Shown here: positions 25,704 through 37,900 of the stretch, piece by piece | Numbering within the stretch: position 1 is the first letter of the stretch | Layout of the letters: each line of letters starts with the position of its first letter | Assembly (NCBI RefSeq): GCF_001194135.2 | Contig: NC_068990.1 | Span: 64,539,869-64,603,868 of the forward strand | Length of the DNA: 64,000 nucleotides | Reading direction: 5' to 3' | DNA from: Octopus bimaculoides | Taxonomy: Eukaryota | Notes under the pieces: model-generated | Database searches by the model: none | What the model was told of the DNA's origin: nothing | The model's input: only the letters and a program-made list of their open reading frames with translations | Program-made: the position numbers and the translations under genes

Positions 25704-25961
25704 GGTAATCTTCAAGTTTAGGGGGATAAAAAAATTTTAAAAAATATTCAAGGGAAATAACTGAACGACTTACCAGTATTATCCGTTTTCTTCTAGCTGT
25801 TTATAAATAAATCACACCCTAACCCTAACCCTAACGTCAATCAAATCACGTGTGATTTATTTATAAACAGAGATGTACGGATAATACTGGTAAGACATTC
25901 AGTTACTTCCCTTGAATATTTTTATTTATTTTTTTTTTATCTCCTAAACTTGAAGATTACC
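25704..25961. mobile_element. Almost fully palindromic MITE, GGTAA termini, 9-bp TSD, Merlin-like, with (CCCTAA)3 in the loop
   Basis: Ends ggtaatcttcaagtttag / ctaaacttgaagattacc. Exact TSD ataaataac at 25695-25703 and 25962-25970. Arms pair imperfectly over about 110 bp. ccctaaccctaaccctaac at 25817-25835. Confidence 0.88.
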
Positions 25962-26137
25962 ATAAATAACTTGGCTGTCGGCGTATTGAAATGAAACGAT
26001 AGCCAGGAAATTGTAACTTGTCGAAATTTATTTTGACTATATATGTCATTATGTCTAACCCATGTCGGGCCAGTAATACATCTATATTCATACATTACTC
26101 TTCTGAAAAAACTTTCAATTAAATAATCGTATTTTTT

Positions 26138-26537
26138 NNNNNNNNNNNNNNNNNNNNNNNNNNNNNNNNNNNNNNNNNNNNNNNNNNNNNNNNNNNNNNN
26201 NNNNNNNNNNNNNNNNNNNNNNNNNNNNNNNNNNNNNNNNNNNNNNNNNNNNNNNNNNNNNNNNNNNNNNNNNNNNNNNNNNNNNNNNNNNNNNNNNNNN
26301 NNNNNNNNNNNNNNNNNNNNNNNNNNNNNNNNNNNNNNNNNNNNNNNNNNNNNNNNNNNNNNNNNNNNNNNNNNNNNNNNNNNNNNNNNNNNNNNNNNNN
26401 NNNNNNNNNNNNNNNNNNNNNNNNNNNNNNNNNNNNNNNNNNNNNNNNNNNNNNNNNNNNNNNNNNNNNNNNNNNNNNNNNNNNNNNNNNNNNNNNNNNN
26501 NNNNNNNNNNNNNNNNNNNNNNNNNNNNNNNNNNNNN
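26138..26537. other. Assembly gap (N run); other gaps at 31583-31625, 41159-41168, 45387-45763, 46329-46338 and 62066-62247
   Basis: N characters in the sequence; several gaps are flanked by (TA)n or (TC)n microsatellites. Confidence 0.99.
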
Positions 26538-26613
26538 GGGTTAGGGTTAGGATCGACCACTCAAGACTAGCTAGCGCGGACGCGCGACTGCGCGTTCGGG
26601 TCCGCGCTGCTTT
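26538..26613. repeat. GGGTTAGGGTTAGG abutting an assembly gap, followed by a CpG-rich hairpin module
   Basis: Telomere-type repeats directly after the 400-N gap. The following 66 nt match the reverse complement of 34301-34366 at about 61 of 66 positions. Confidence 0.65.
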
Positions 26614-26944
26614 AACTTTTATTTAGCTTATAGTTTAAGTATAGAAGTATAGTTGTTTTCAAAATGCTTTTCAAATCTCATAATTAAATAAGATAATCAA
26701 ACCCAAAATACGACTAAAGAGAAGAAAAAAATGACTACTCCAATATCAAAATAAGAATGAATTAGTGACTTGAAATAGGGTTTACTATAAGCTAATTCAA
26801 CAAGTTAAATTACTCGAGAACCAACACATGGGTTATGCAGCTATATCCAAATGTCTTGAAAGGATATAACCCCGTATATTTGGTTATACATGTACATTTT
26901 TTAAAAAAATATGAAAAGTTAAAAATATTCAATCGTTCAATTAC

Positions 26945-27224
26945 CGCCAATAATGGTGCGAATGAGAGAAGCGTGACCTGGGCAGTCAACAAAAGTAAAC
27001 TGAAGCCGCTCATATTTAGAAGTCAATTCAGCAAGGTGTGAGGGAATATCGACAACAGCAGAAGAGAAACCCAAATCTAAAGTAATTCCACGCTCTTTAC
27101 TCTGGGGATTTTTATCAAAGCAAGCAGTGCTGGCTGTCGTACTTAATATTTTCGACAGACTTGTTTTGCCACTGTCCACGTGCCCCAACACACCAACATT
27201 GAAGTTGAACGTGCGAACAGACAT
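26945..27224 (-). CDS. EEFSEC: EEFSEC coding exon 1 (G-domain N-terminus)
   Basis: MSVRTFNFNVGVLGHVDSGKTSL...ERGITLDLGFS...VDCPGHASLIRTIIG shows G1 GHVDSGKT, G2 RGITLD and G3 DCPGH with the eEFSec-specific context STTASTACFDKNPQS. Donor GGC G|gtaa at 26945. Confidence 0.97.
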
Positions 27225-28431
27225 CTTGTAGAAAAAATTACAAACAGGAAGTGAAGAAAAAAAATACTAAAAATATCTTCTTCCGGTCCGGTTTCGAAAC
27301 TCAAACTTCCTCATCAACCCGTTAATTTATTTCATGTAAAATATCCGCAATTATAACTACTGTCATAGTTTATTGATAACTTATTTCATTACAAATAGTA
27401 AGTACTTAACTTTTTATATCCATTTGAAGCCAATACAATAAATATTCATAAACATGAGAGCTTGTTTCCTATGTTATATGCTTTGGTTCGAGTTTATTTA
27501 AAGATAAAACATTTCGTAGTTATTTAACATACTGAATTTTTTTGCATAGATTATTAGTGAAATATAAAAATTAAATTGATAAATAATATCATTTATAAAA
27601 TATCTATTTGACATTTCATTTCATTTTTTTTTTCCTTTACGGTATTTGTCGGCAACTTCCGGCAATAAACGCCAGGCTGAATGGCTGCAAGTTGTGAAAA
27701 CAAAACTGATTCAGTAGAATGAAGATGTATGTAAAAGAGGAGAATTTACATCTTTGGCCCAAAAGTAAACGTCGCCAATGTAAGGTATTACACGATTTTT
27801 TCCAATAATTCTGCAGCTGTGTGAATATCCATTTATTTTCATTTTATCTGGGATTTTACTCAGTTCGGTCCGATCTTTTCCTCTGCTATTCTAGGTCCGA
27901 CATCTACATGTGTCTTGTGGCTGCTACTTTGATAATCCATGGATTTATTTAGTTTACACTGTTTTACCAAAATCTCGGATTTTTTTCTAACTCACTCAAC
28001 GGAACTTATATTGTGAACCGTTAATCTGCCGATTTATATCACCTGATAAATCTTTCTATTTTTGTCTGTCAATTTTTGTAATGCATATTTCTTACCTTGT
28101 CTATTTCCATCCTATATCTATCTAATTTATCTCTATCCTTTCCTTCCTTTTCTGTTAAATTCATTACAAGCCTGAAAATAGTCTTCAGACAGTTGGATTC
28201 CGAGAATGACAAACTGCGTCATGGAGTCGTGACGCAATAATTTAAATATCGGAACATTTGTTTTAAAATTCAACAAAGATATGGGAATTCTATTTTAGTG
28301 GACAAAAAAAAGAAGAAAAAAGTCTTATTCTTTGCAAAGAATTTTTTCATTTCCTGAAGTGAACACTCTTTTTATTGAAAAAAAAAAAAATTTCTTTTTT
28401 GTGTGGGAGATCTATTTAATTATTTCTGAAA
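27225..28431. promoter_or_regulatory. Divergent (head-to-head) promoter/5' UTR region between EEFSEC and the WDR47-like gene
   Basis: Start codons point away from each other about 1.2 kb apart. No recognisable repeats. ETS-type motifs: CAGGAAGTG 27245-27253, CTTCCGG 27280-27286, ACTTCCGG 27655-27662. Confidence 0.65.
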
Positions 28432-29980
28432 ATGCCGGCTGCGAATATTGTAGTTAATGAAACAGACGTACTCCGTCTTGTGACGGAATTTCTTCAGAAT
28501 CGCGAACTGAACATTTCAATGATGTCTCTCGAACGAGAGACAGGAGTCATTAATGGCCTTTTTTCAGACGACATGCTCTTCCTACGTCAATTGATACTCG
28601 ATGGTCAGTGGGACGATGTGATGGACTTCGTTCAGCCATTGGGCAGTGTTGATGATTTTGACACAAAACGTTTTGAGTATATTATTATGAAACACAAATA
28701 TCTGGAATTATTGTGTATCAAATCTGAGCCTAGTATTATGGCCAATTACGACTTTACAGTCGACGAAGTGGTCAAATGTCTCAACTCGCTTGAGTCGCTC
28801 TGCCCGACTAAAGAAGAATATAGCAATCTTTGTCTTTTACTGACCTTACCCCGTTTGGCTAGTCATATCGATTACCAAAACTGGAACCCGAGTAATGCTC
28901 GTGCCCAGTGCTTCAAGACAGTTTATCCGTTGGTTGAACACTTGCTACCATTCGAACGTAAAAACGACCAGAACAATCTGGTGGCCAAAAACGACCGTTT
29001 GTTACAATTACTTTTGAAAGGTTTGCTCTATGAATCTTGTGTAGATTATTGTCAATCAAAAGCAACCAGCAACGGAGATGAAATGGAATTGAAATTTGCA
29101 TCTCTGTTGAACGATACTGGTCTCAGCGATGCTGATTTGAGCCTCCTTTCCTGGTTGCAAAGTATTCCGACGGACACATTTTCTTGCCCCTTTGAACAGA
29201 AGACTATGAATGTCGACATTCGGCCAATGACAAAACCATCTCTGGAAGCGTCTTGGTCGGAACAGATTCTTGTCACCCCTATCAAACCTCGCATGTTCCC
29301 ACACTCGCATGTACCCACCACTCGTCCGAGGGGAGGCGCTGACATGATGACCCGCTCACTAAATCCGCAGTTCGACGGCCTGTCTAGCGGCTTATGGCAA
29401 GGACGTCGAGACTCGGGTGATGGACTTAGCCCTATGTCGCGTTCCATGACCCCTGCAGCCAGGCTGTTCAATATGAAAAAGAATCCTATGCAAATGTCGA
29501 TGGACAAGCTGTTCGAAGAAAGCGAGGTCATCAACACTCAGAGCTCAATTTCCGACGATTCGCGCTCATTTCGTTCGTCATCCTCAGTGACATCGTCGCC
29601 GTTGCGCACTCCGAAGAACGTCAAGTCAGGTACCTCTGGTACACCACCCCGTTCTTTCTCACCTGTAAGCAATAATCTCACTGCTTCAGTAACAGATTCC
29701 CCAAAACACCTCAAATTGAACACCACCGCCTCTTCCACGCCAGGGCCTGCTGGGTCCACCAACACGGAGTTGTTTAAGGAGTATCAACGTCAAAAACAGC
29801 GCCTGCAAGAACAGCTAGAGATTCAAGAACAACAGAAGGAGCTGTACCAGAAAGAACTCAATGAACTCGAAAAGAAGCAGACCATGTTGAACGATAACAG
29901 GATCAAGGAGGAAGTACGTTACTCGCAACAATCATTCAGCTCACCCGAAACCTCGACTCGGTCTTTACAAGGGACTCCAG
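28432..29980 (+). CDS. WDR47: WD repeat-containing protein 47-like (nemitin), first large coding exon: LisH, CTLH, Ser-rich and coiled-coil segments
   Basis: N-terminus DVLRLVTEFLQNRELNISMMSLERETGVINGLFSDDMLFLRQLILDGQWDDVMDFVQPL, plus WNPSNAR..CF, ADLSLLSWLQ and SLEASWSEQILVTPIKP, match the WDR47 N-terminal region as I know it. A strong donor CCAG|gtaagt at 29980 (phase 1) means the last 22 codons of the ORF track are probably intronic. Confidence 0.88.
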
Positions 29981-30550
29981 GTAAGTCATTTTATTCACGT
30001 TTTATCTATCTGGGAAAGGGTCTCCAACATCAATATCGTAGTCAATGAGAGGAGCCTCTACATTTTTTTTTGTACTATTTGTTGCTCGACCTGCTACAAA
30101 TAGGAACTAAATCTCCCTCAAATGACACCCTATTGAAAAAAAAAGTGTGTAAATAGGGTACTGTACTGAAAAAAGAAACTGTACGATTATATCACGAACG
30201 CCTTTAATCATGAATCTATTTTGTCAGATTTAATATCGGGCTAAACACTAACATCAATATCACCAATAGCAATACCACCAACAATGTTTGTGATGGCGCT
30301 TTATAGATGCATCAGTCCCGCCATCATCATCGTCCACGGTACTGCGACATTAACAGCATCACCACTACCAACCTGATCGTAATGTTATGCATTATAATTA
30401 AATGGAATAAGGATTTGGTAACCTATCTGTCTGGGGACGTTAATTTAATTTCTAACGGAAGTAGTAGTTGTCATGTTAGTAATTGGTGGGTACTTATTTT
30501 AAATTCATTCAAACTAATTGACGTAAGTTGCGTGTGATAATAGTTGAATG

Positions 30551-30565
30551 GTAACCCTTGGCAAC
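30551..30565. promoter_or_regulatory. Candidate RFX X-box in the WDR47 intron
   Basis: GTAACC-CTT-GGCAAC fits the consensus GTNRCC N0-3 RGYAAC. A second CCTTGGCAACAAG half-site lies at about 30619-30631. Confidence 0.4.
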
Positions 30566-31396
30566 AAGTACTCTTTCCCTTTGTTACCCCCACCCCCGCT
30601 TCTCAGGTGTATGATAATCCTTGGCAACAAGTGTATTTTTCAGTTATCATATAATTACGTGTTTTTGTTTTAAAAAATCACTGTGCTGCTCCAGTTTATT
30701 TTGTTTCGGTGATTACATATTTAGTAATTCATCCTCTCAAGTCACATAATTTTGCACCGGGTTTATTGTCATTCGTGTTGGTCTTATGGCGTTACTGAAG
30801 TAGTCCCATCTCTTGAGTGGTTGCTGATTAATTCTCAATCAACCTCAATCGAACTGACCTATAATCAGTTATTCCAGTCATGACCACCTTGCCTTTTCAT
30901 ATTTTCAAGACTTCATTATCCAGTGTTTCTTTTCTCTTTAAAGACATTAGGATGTGATGGGAAATTTGGCTACTATTTCTAGCAAGTGGAACTACCACCT
31001 AGATAGTCCCCTCATTGACTCGATAATGGTAATATTTATTTCTTGTACAGGAATCCATTGTGTATCCCAATAAGTGTATTTGGTTTGCATTTGAAGTGCT
31101 CAAATTGTTTGCATTTGTTATGAATTACATTTTCAACATGAAAATTATAATTTATCATGAATTCTTTCAAACGTAAAAATACATTCGCTACGAATGCGCA
31201 CGAAGTACATGTTTATTTTAAGAAATATCGCAGATGCAAACCAGTTAACCGTTGACTGTTTCTCATTTACAAAAAATAAGTTTTTTGATTAAAAAAAAAA
31301 AATGGACTACAACAAAATTGCTTTTACAGATTTCTGATTCTCTAATGTTCAAAACCTAAAAATCCGATTAAGGGTTTACATACATACATACGTGTA

Positions 31397-31439
<43 letters not shown>

Positions 31440-33943
31440 AAATAATAAATTAGTATATGCATATATACGTACAGGTATGTGCATACCTACGTCTACCTGT
31501 ATATATAGGTGCATATCTGGGTACAGGACATTGCAAACAAAACGTAGACAAGAAAATAATAATAACTAGAGTACAGAAAACANNNNNNNNNNNNNNNNNN
31601 NNNNNNNNNNNNNNNNNNNNNNNNNTATATATATGGTAATGGTCAGCTCGCCTTGGATTCCTCTTATCGCCACTCTTGACGCTGTGGACCTAGTCCTAGA
31701 TGAAGGATTCGGAGTTTAAGTAGTGTTCTAAATTCATTTGAACACTACTACGTGTTTTCTATAATGACATATTCAGCTCTCACCTATTGCTGTATAATAT
31801 TAATCGATAATAAGGGCATAAAAGTTAGTGTTGTTCGAAAACAAATCAGTGGTAGATTTCTTGTGAAAAGGAATAGTGACGTTTCCTAGTCTAGATATGT
31901 AAATAATGTATGTGAAGGTAATTTCCACAGTTGGCATAATGACAAGATGCCGGTGATTTCTTTTATATTGACAGATGACCGCAAAATATGTGTCACTGAA
32001 TAAATTGCAGTGCAAGTCCCTGAGAGGGGCAAAAAAACAAAACCACTACAGATTAGATTCCGAAATATTCACTACTATACTCTACTGTTGCCATCAACAC
32101 TTTCGACTTTGACGAGAGATGAACTCGTAAATAAATAGGACAAGCTCTACTGTGTCGGTCGTCGGCCCCGACTTGAAAAATTATTCTTATTCTGTCTACT
32201 AGACTGTGTCAACTTGTTAGCTGGAAGACAAACATTGCAGTGCGATTATTGGTTTGGGAGTTGCTTCTGCTATCTCTCTGCTGCGAATGACACATGACGA
32301 CTTCACATTTATGTTAAATAGAAGGATGTTCATTCATCTTTTTGTATTGCTAGTTTCCCGTCTTTTATTTCTATTTGAATCTTTCCTCGAAATAATCTCT
32401 CTTATGTATTGTTTATTTCATGCTTCTGCGCATACGCGCGCGCGCACACACACACACACACCTCTATTTCTCTCTCTCTCTCTCGCCCTTTCTTTTGTTT
32501 CAAATTCTGGTAGTTTACTATGAAACTTCTAGCTATCGGACTGCACTATTTTTAGGGTTAGGGCTGTGGATGTCAGTATCGGCGAAGCACCGTATAACAT
32601 ACTATAACTGTATTAAGTTGCATTTTTTTTTTATCAGAGTTCAAATCCCGTCGTTCCACCATCTGGGGGTTGATAAACCAATTGCAAGCTATAATATAGA
32701 CGTTGATTTAATCGGCTACGTCCTCTTCCATTTTGTGGCATTTATTTATTAGAAATCTTTTTGTTGGTAGCTGTTCTTGCAAATATTATATATGCACAAC
32801 TAAACCATCATCATTATTTCGATAAGTACTTTTCGAAACTGGCATGGGGTGAGTGGGTGCGTGGGTCCGTCCTAGCACAGCATCTTGTCACATGCCGGAT
32901 TCCTGCGTCATCTCTCCTCTGAGATCCAACATTATAAGACGACCTCACCACTTTTTCCCACGCCTTCGATTTCCGTTTTCTTTTTGCTTCTTTCTGGGCA
33001 CACCCCCTCCCTTCTCTTTACTATGTCCATACGATAATAGTCTTGGGCACTACAGCTAGTAGCAGTAGTACACATAAGATTTGAGCTACCTAGTTTGACC
33101 GATATCTGTCTGTCTATATCTATCTATCTATCAAATAAATCAGTGAATTACTGCCAGCATAAAGTTAAAGTACTAAGCTAAGTACATTCAAGAGAGAATG
33201 AAAGCTAAATTCTTCCAACCCAGATTTCATTTCTTGTATTTCTGTTTATTTCAATGAATGTGTGGGGTGGGTATGTGTGTGTATTTTACATTCCCCCCCC
33301 CCATTTTATGTAATCCCCAAATGACTTTAGGGCCGTCGGGCTGGCTAAAATACAGTGTGGGCCAAAAGTCACACACCAAAACAGTTGGCATTTTATACCG
33401 CTGTTATTCCTTTATTGTTTGTTTTTGTTCAGCACGTTCGAGTTCTTGTGTATTCATCATTATTTTATTCAATTTTAGAAAAATGAAGTCTGTTGACAAT
33501 TTTGGAACATATTGAACTTCTTTTGTGCATGAATTTTGACACATCCTGAACATTCTTATACGGAATAAATTCATAGGATTTGTAGTATATGTAAAACTTC
33601 CCATTTCTTGAAACTACTTTCTGGCACAATAATTGGTGTGTGAAATGGGAAAGGTAGTGTTTATAAATGCAATGTTTCATTACCCAGTGTCACCATCAGT
33701 TGGAATGACGTAGGTTGCATTTATAAGCACCAGCTTTCCGTTTCACTTACAGTATGCCAGAAAGTCAGTTAACCTCTACGTATTTACCTAATATACTATA
33801 CTTCATACTCTGTGCATCAAGTACAGGAATTGGACATGATGATTTCTACTTATATTTGTGTTTGTAATTTTGAGTGGAAAATCGAGGCAGGAGAAACTTA
33901 ACTCTAAAAGTACATCTGATGTACATATTCATCTGTGACATAT

Positions 33944-34189
33944 CTCTTTTACTCTTTTTTACTTGTTTCAGTCATTTGACTGCGGCCATGCTGGAGCACC
34001 GCCTTTAGTCGAGCAAATCGACCCCAGGACTTATTCTTTGTAAGCCTAGTACTGATTTTGGCACTGTCATGGTATTAGCTGTCAGAAGTGAAAGTAGAAA
34101 AATCTGAAGGCACGTTACTGCTGGTTTGAGTTGATTCTTTGGCTACCGACAGCTAATACCATGACTGGCCGGAGCGAGCTATCTGTCTG

Positions 34190-34225
<36 letters not shown>

Positions 34226-34935
34226 ACTCGAAAGTTATTGGAACAAATTTGACACCTATATCCATGCGTTTGAAAACACACAGAGTATAAGGGTACTACT
34301 AAAGCAGAGTGGTCCCGAACGCGCAGTTGCGCGTCCGCGCTAGCTAGTCGTGAGTGGTCGATCCTATTATTGTTAAACTTCAAACTTCATTTGTTTTCTA
34401 TTTTGATAAATTCTCTCTGTTGAAAATTATATTTTTATATTTTAAATAATTTGCAATTTCAGAAAATATATTTTTATATTAAATTTGCGTTTTCTAATTT
34501 GATAAATTCTACGGACACAAACAGAGGTGAACGAGTGATAGATAGATAGATAGATATAGAGAGAGAGATAGTGAGATAGACAGACAGACAGACAGATAGA
34601 TAGCTCCGGCTAGTCAGTAGCCAAAGAATCAACTCAAACCAGCAGTAACGTTCCTTGTCGGTTCTACTTTCAATTCTGACAGCTAATACCATGACAGTGC
34701 CCTGATTTTATCGGTCGCTTTTGCTGAACCGCTGGTTTACGGGGACCTAAACACACCAGCATCGGTTGTCAAGCAATGTTGGCGGGAACAAACACAGACA
34801 TACAAACACACATACATATATACATATACATATATACGACGGGCTTCTTTCAGTTTCCGTCTACCAAATCCACTCACAAGGCTTTGGTCGGCCCGAGGCT
34901 ATAATAGAAGACACTTACCCAACGTGCCACGCAGC
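33944..34935 (-). mobile_element. tRNA-derived SINE interrupted by a MITE
   Basis: The family sequence stops at 34059 and resumes at 34702. The rejoined sequence agtactgattttatcggtc corresponds to the family's agtacttattctatcggtc. Confidence 0.85.
34060..34701. mobile_element. MITE with long TIRs, GG termini, 8-bp TSD (Merlin- or Mutator-like)
   Basis: ggcactgtcatggtattagctgtcagaa... and its reverse complement, imperfect TIRs of more than 85 bp. Exact TSD ctgatttt at 34052-34059 and 34702-34709. Confidence 0.88.
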
Positions 34936-37900
34936 AGAGGTAAAGTAGGAAACTGGACAAGTTATTTGAAATGTATGGGGATTATATTTTGATATCTTCT
35001 GCAAGTGCTTTGTTAGGTTTCTAGGCAAGGGATGCTGAACTACACAGCTCAGTTCTTGTGGCTGCAGAACAGGATCCAAAGCAAGTGTCCTCTGTGAGCA
35101 TTTAATGTTTTCTAAAAAAAAAAAAATTTTTCAAGTTGAATGTATAAGTAGGTCATTATCAGTTGATGGATTTTAGATAGTCTTTTGTGTTAAGATTTGT
35201 TTTATTTTGCTTATATGTGCATTGCCAGTGATGAAAATGGCAAGAGGGGATGTTAGATTTTATACAAAAATGTAAAAAGGTATCAAAAGTGGGCCACTAG
35301 GTTTCAGATCTCTGTGTATTCTATTTTAGTAACTATATACCGTTTAAAGCTGAACCATGGTTTATTCTTGGATCTTTGTGGGCAAGGTGAAGCTGAATCC
35401 TTGTTTCTCATCCACTGAGGAATTCTTACACTCACTTATGTACCTAGATATTAGCTTCAAACCATGATATATATGTAATCAAAGGGTTATTAAAATAATT
35501 TTAAAATTATTAACATATGGTTCTGACAAGTAAAGGATCAACTTTGGTGCAATATTCTATTGGTGCAGACTGGGTTATTAGGTAGCTCCAATCAAGCGTT
35601 TTTCACATGGGGCTCTAAAAGTGTTTAAGTGAGTTTGGGCTGCTGTTTATAGCTGATTGATTGTGTACACTACAATCGGGCTTGTTGTAGACTTGAGGTG
35701 AACTACATACAGCAAATTCTGTGAATTTATTCCTCGTCATTTAACGTCTGTCTGCCATGCTGATATGGGTTGAACAGTTCAGCAGGATCTGACAAGCCAG
35801 AGGACAACATTGGGCCCCAATGTTTACTTTGGTACGATTTCTATGATTGGATATCCTTCCTAATGCCATCCACTTTACAGAATGGACTGGCTGTTTATTT
35901 TCATGGCACCAGCACTGTATAAGAAAGTATATTGAATTTTTTTTTTTTTTATAATTTTGGGCTTACGTAAAATGAAGTAAAATTGTGAAATGCTCACACA
36001 TACACAGATCTGCACTTTTATTATAATAAATAGAAATAAGAAGAATAACTAGGTTGAGATTTAGCTTGCATTTGTTCTCCTAAATAGTTGAGTACATTAT
36101 CTTTATGCATCCAGTGATTTACTGTTTTCTTAATCTCATTCATAGCTTTATAAGCTTATACACATTCATGACTTTTTAAGTTAATGCACATTATGTGGCT
36201 TTAAAAGATTATTTATATACATAATATCAACAAATTTCATTGTCCCAGTATTTCCTACTATGTACAGATATCGTAATAATACCATCTGCACTCTATTTTT
36301 GTTTGAGATTCAAATTTGCATTTTGCTAAGAAAATACCTAACAAATATTTACAATACATTAATTATATATTTATTTATATGCAAGGATGTACACACACTC
36401 CTCATGTATAGCCTTGTGGTCAAAAGTGGTAAACAGAAGTTAACTTTGCTAAGTACATAATCTATTTTAAGTAAAAGTTTGATGTTCTTAAATTGATCAC
36501 TAGCTCTCTGGTAATGAATACTTTTACATTTTTACAACTGGCTTGTAGCCTTATAAACAACTTAATGGCAGTGGAGTCTTTCAAATAAAAATTTGTATTT
36601 GGAAACCTGATGAATTTTGTTTGAGATTCATTAACTGTCTGAGGAAACTAACTTGTGGTTGCTGTAACACTTCACTTTACAACCTGGATTTCTTTTGTCT
36701 CTCATATTATTGATTTTTGATGTCATTGTTATTGGCAATAAGATTCTCTTGATTATCTTTCCTTGAGCTTTTATCATTTGCTTTTCGTTTGGTCATTTCA
36801 CATTGTTACATTCCTTTGCAATGAATTGGCTCTTTTTTTTGTGGGGGGGGGGCAAATTCTGTAGATACTGACCAGACTTAATAATTACCTTTTTTCTTCT
36901 GTTTGCTCTTGTTTTTTTTGTCTAGTAAACTAGCATGTTGTTTAGCTCCTATCAAGCAGATTTTTAATCAGAAACGTTCCAGCAGTGACTGCCCTTTTTC
37001 TTCCAAGCATTTATATGCCAAGGACAACATTATTCCCTTTTATTTATTTACTTTTTTAAGATTGTATAGTGTGACGTGAGATTTGGCTACTATTTCTAGT
37101 AGGCTCACTTGTAAGATTGTTGCTAGTTTGCTGGCCCGATACCATTCATAAAATGACATTTTGTGTTTGTTGGTTATACTGCTAAACACGGGGGATTGCT
37201 TTCTTCATAGTATTATAGAATTTGTTTTCATTTTGGTTATTTTTTTATTGTTTTCTTCCACTCACTTTCGTTGTGTGTGTGTGTGTTGCTGTTGTCAATT
37301 CAATAAACTCATTACCAAAGTTCAACAGAAGAGAATTGTAGACAGACCAGTTGCCTTATGCATTGACTGTCAGCTCTAAATGCACAGCACTATTTATGCA
37401 ACCGTAATGGTATGTTAATATCTGCGGTAAAAAAAAAAAAAAAAAATTACTACTTGACTAAAGAACTATTATTTGATCGTGATTACAATCTTGTGAATAA
37501 GAGTTAAATGCTACTGTGTGTGTATTTGTGTATTGATCTAAAAGCTATTTGTTCACTATTGTATTAGATTGCTTTGAGTGAGTAGCACCAGAAGTTTACA
37601 ACCAAGAATCTACCTCTTATTTACACTCTTTGCTGCTGTTGAGTTCTGTATGTGAATGTATATAATAGTTGAAACATCAGACCTACTATAATAAATGTAC
37701 AAGTTTAGTCTCATTGGGGAAAAGTAAATAACATGGTTACTTTAGTAATTTTGTTGTTACCCTATAGACTTTATGGGCAGAAAAAGTGGGATCTGTTTGC
37801 GACGGAAGCAAACTTCTTATTACACTGCTACACCTATGTCTTTTAAATGCTTAATTAGTGTCCTTGCCTCTCCAAGTTCCAGTACTATTGGGTTTGCCTA

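Noticed and set aside
29052-29765. Antisense ORFs of 62-161 aa overlapping the WDR47 exon
   Set aside because: These are expected shadows of a long GC-richer coding exon, with no recognisable motifs.
29981-30048. ORF read-through giving a 538-aa LisH/CTLH-only protein without WD40 repeats
   Set aside because: A consensus CAG|GTAAGT donor sits at 29980/29981, and the extra codons look like intron sequence, with no poly(A) signal seen nearby.
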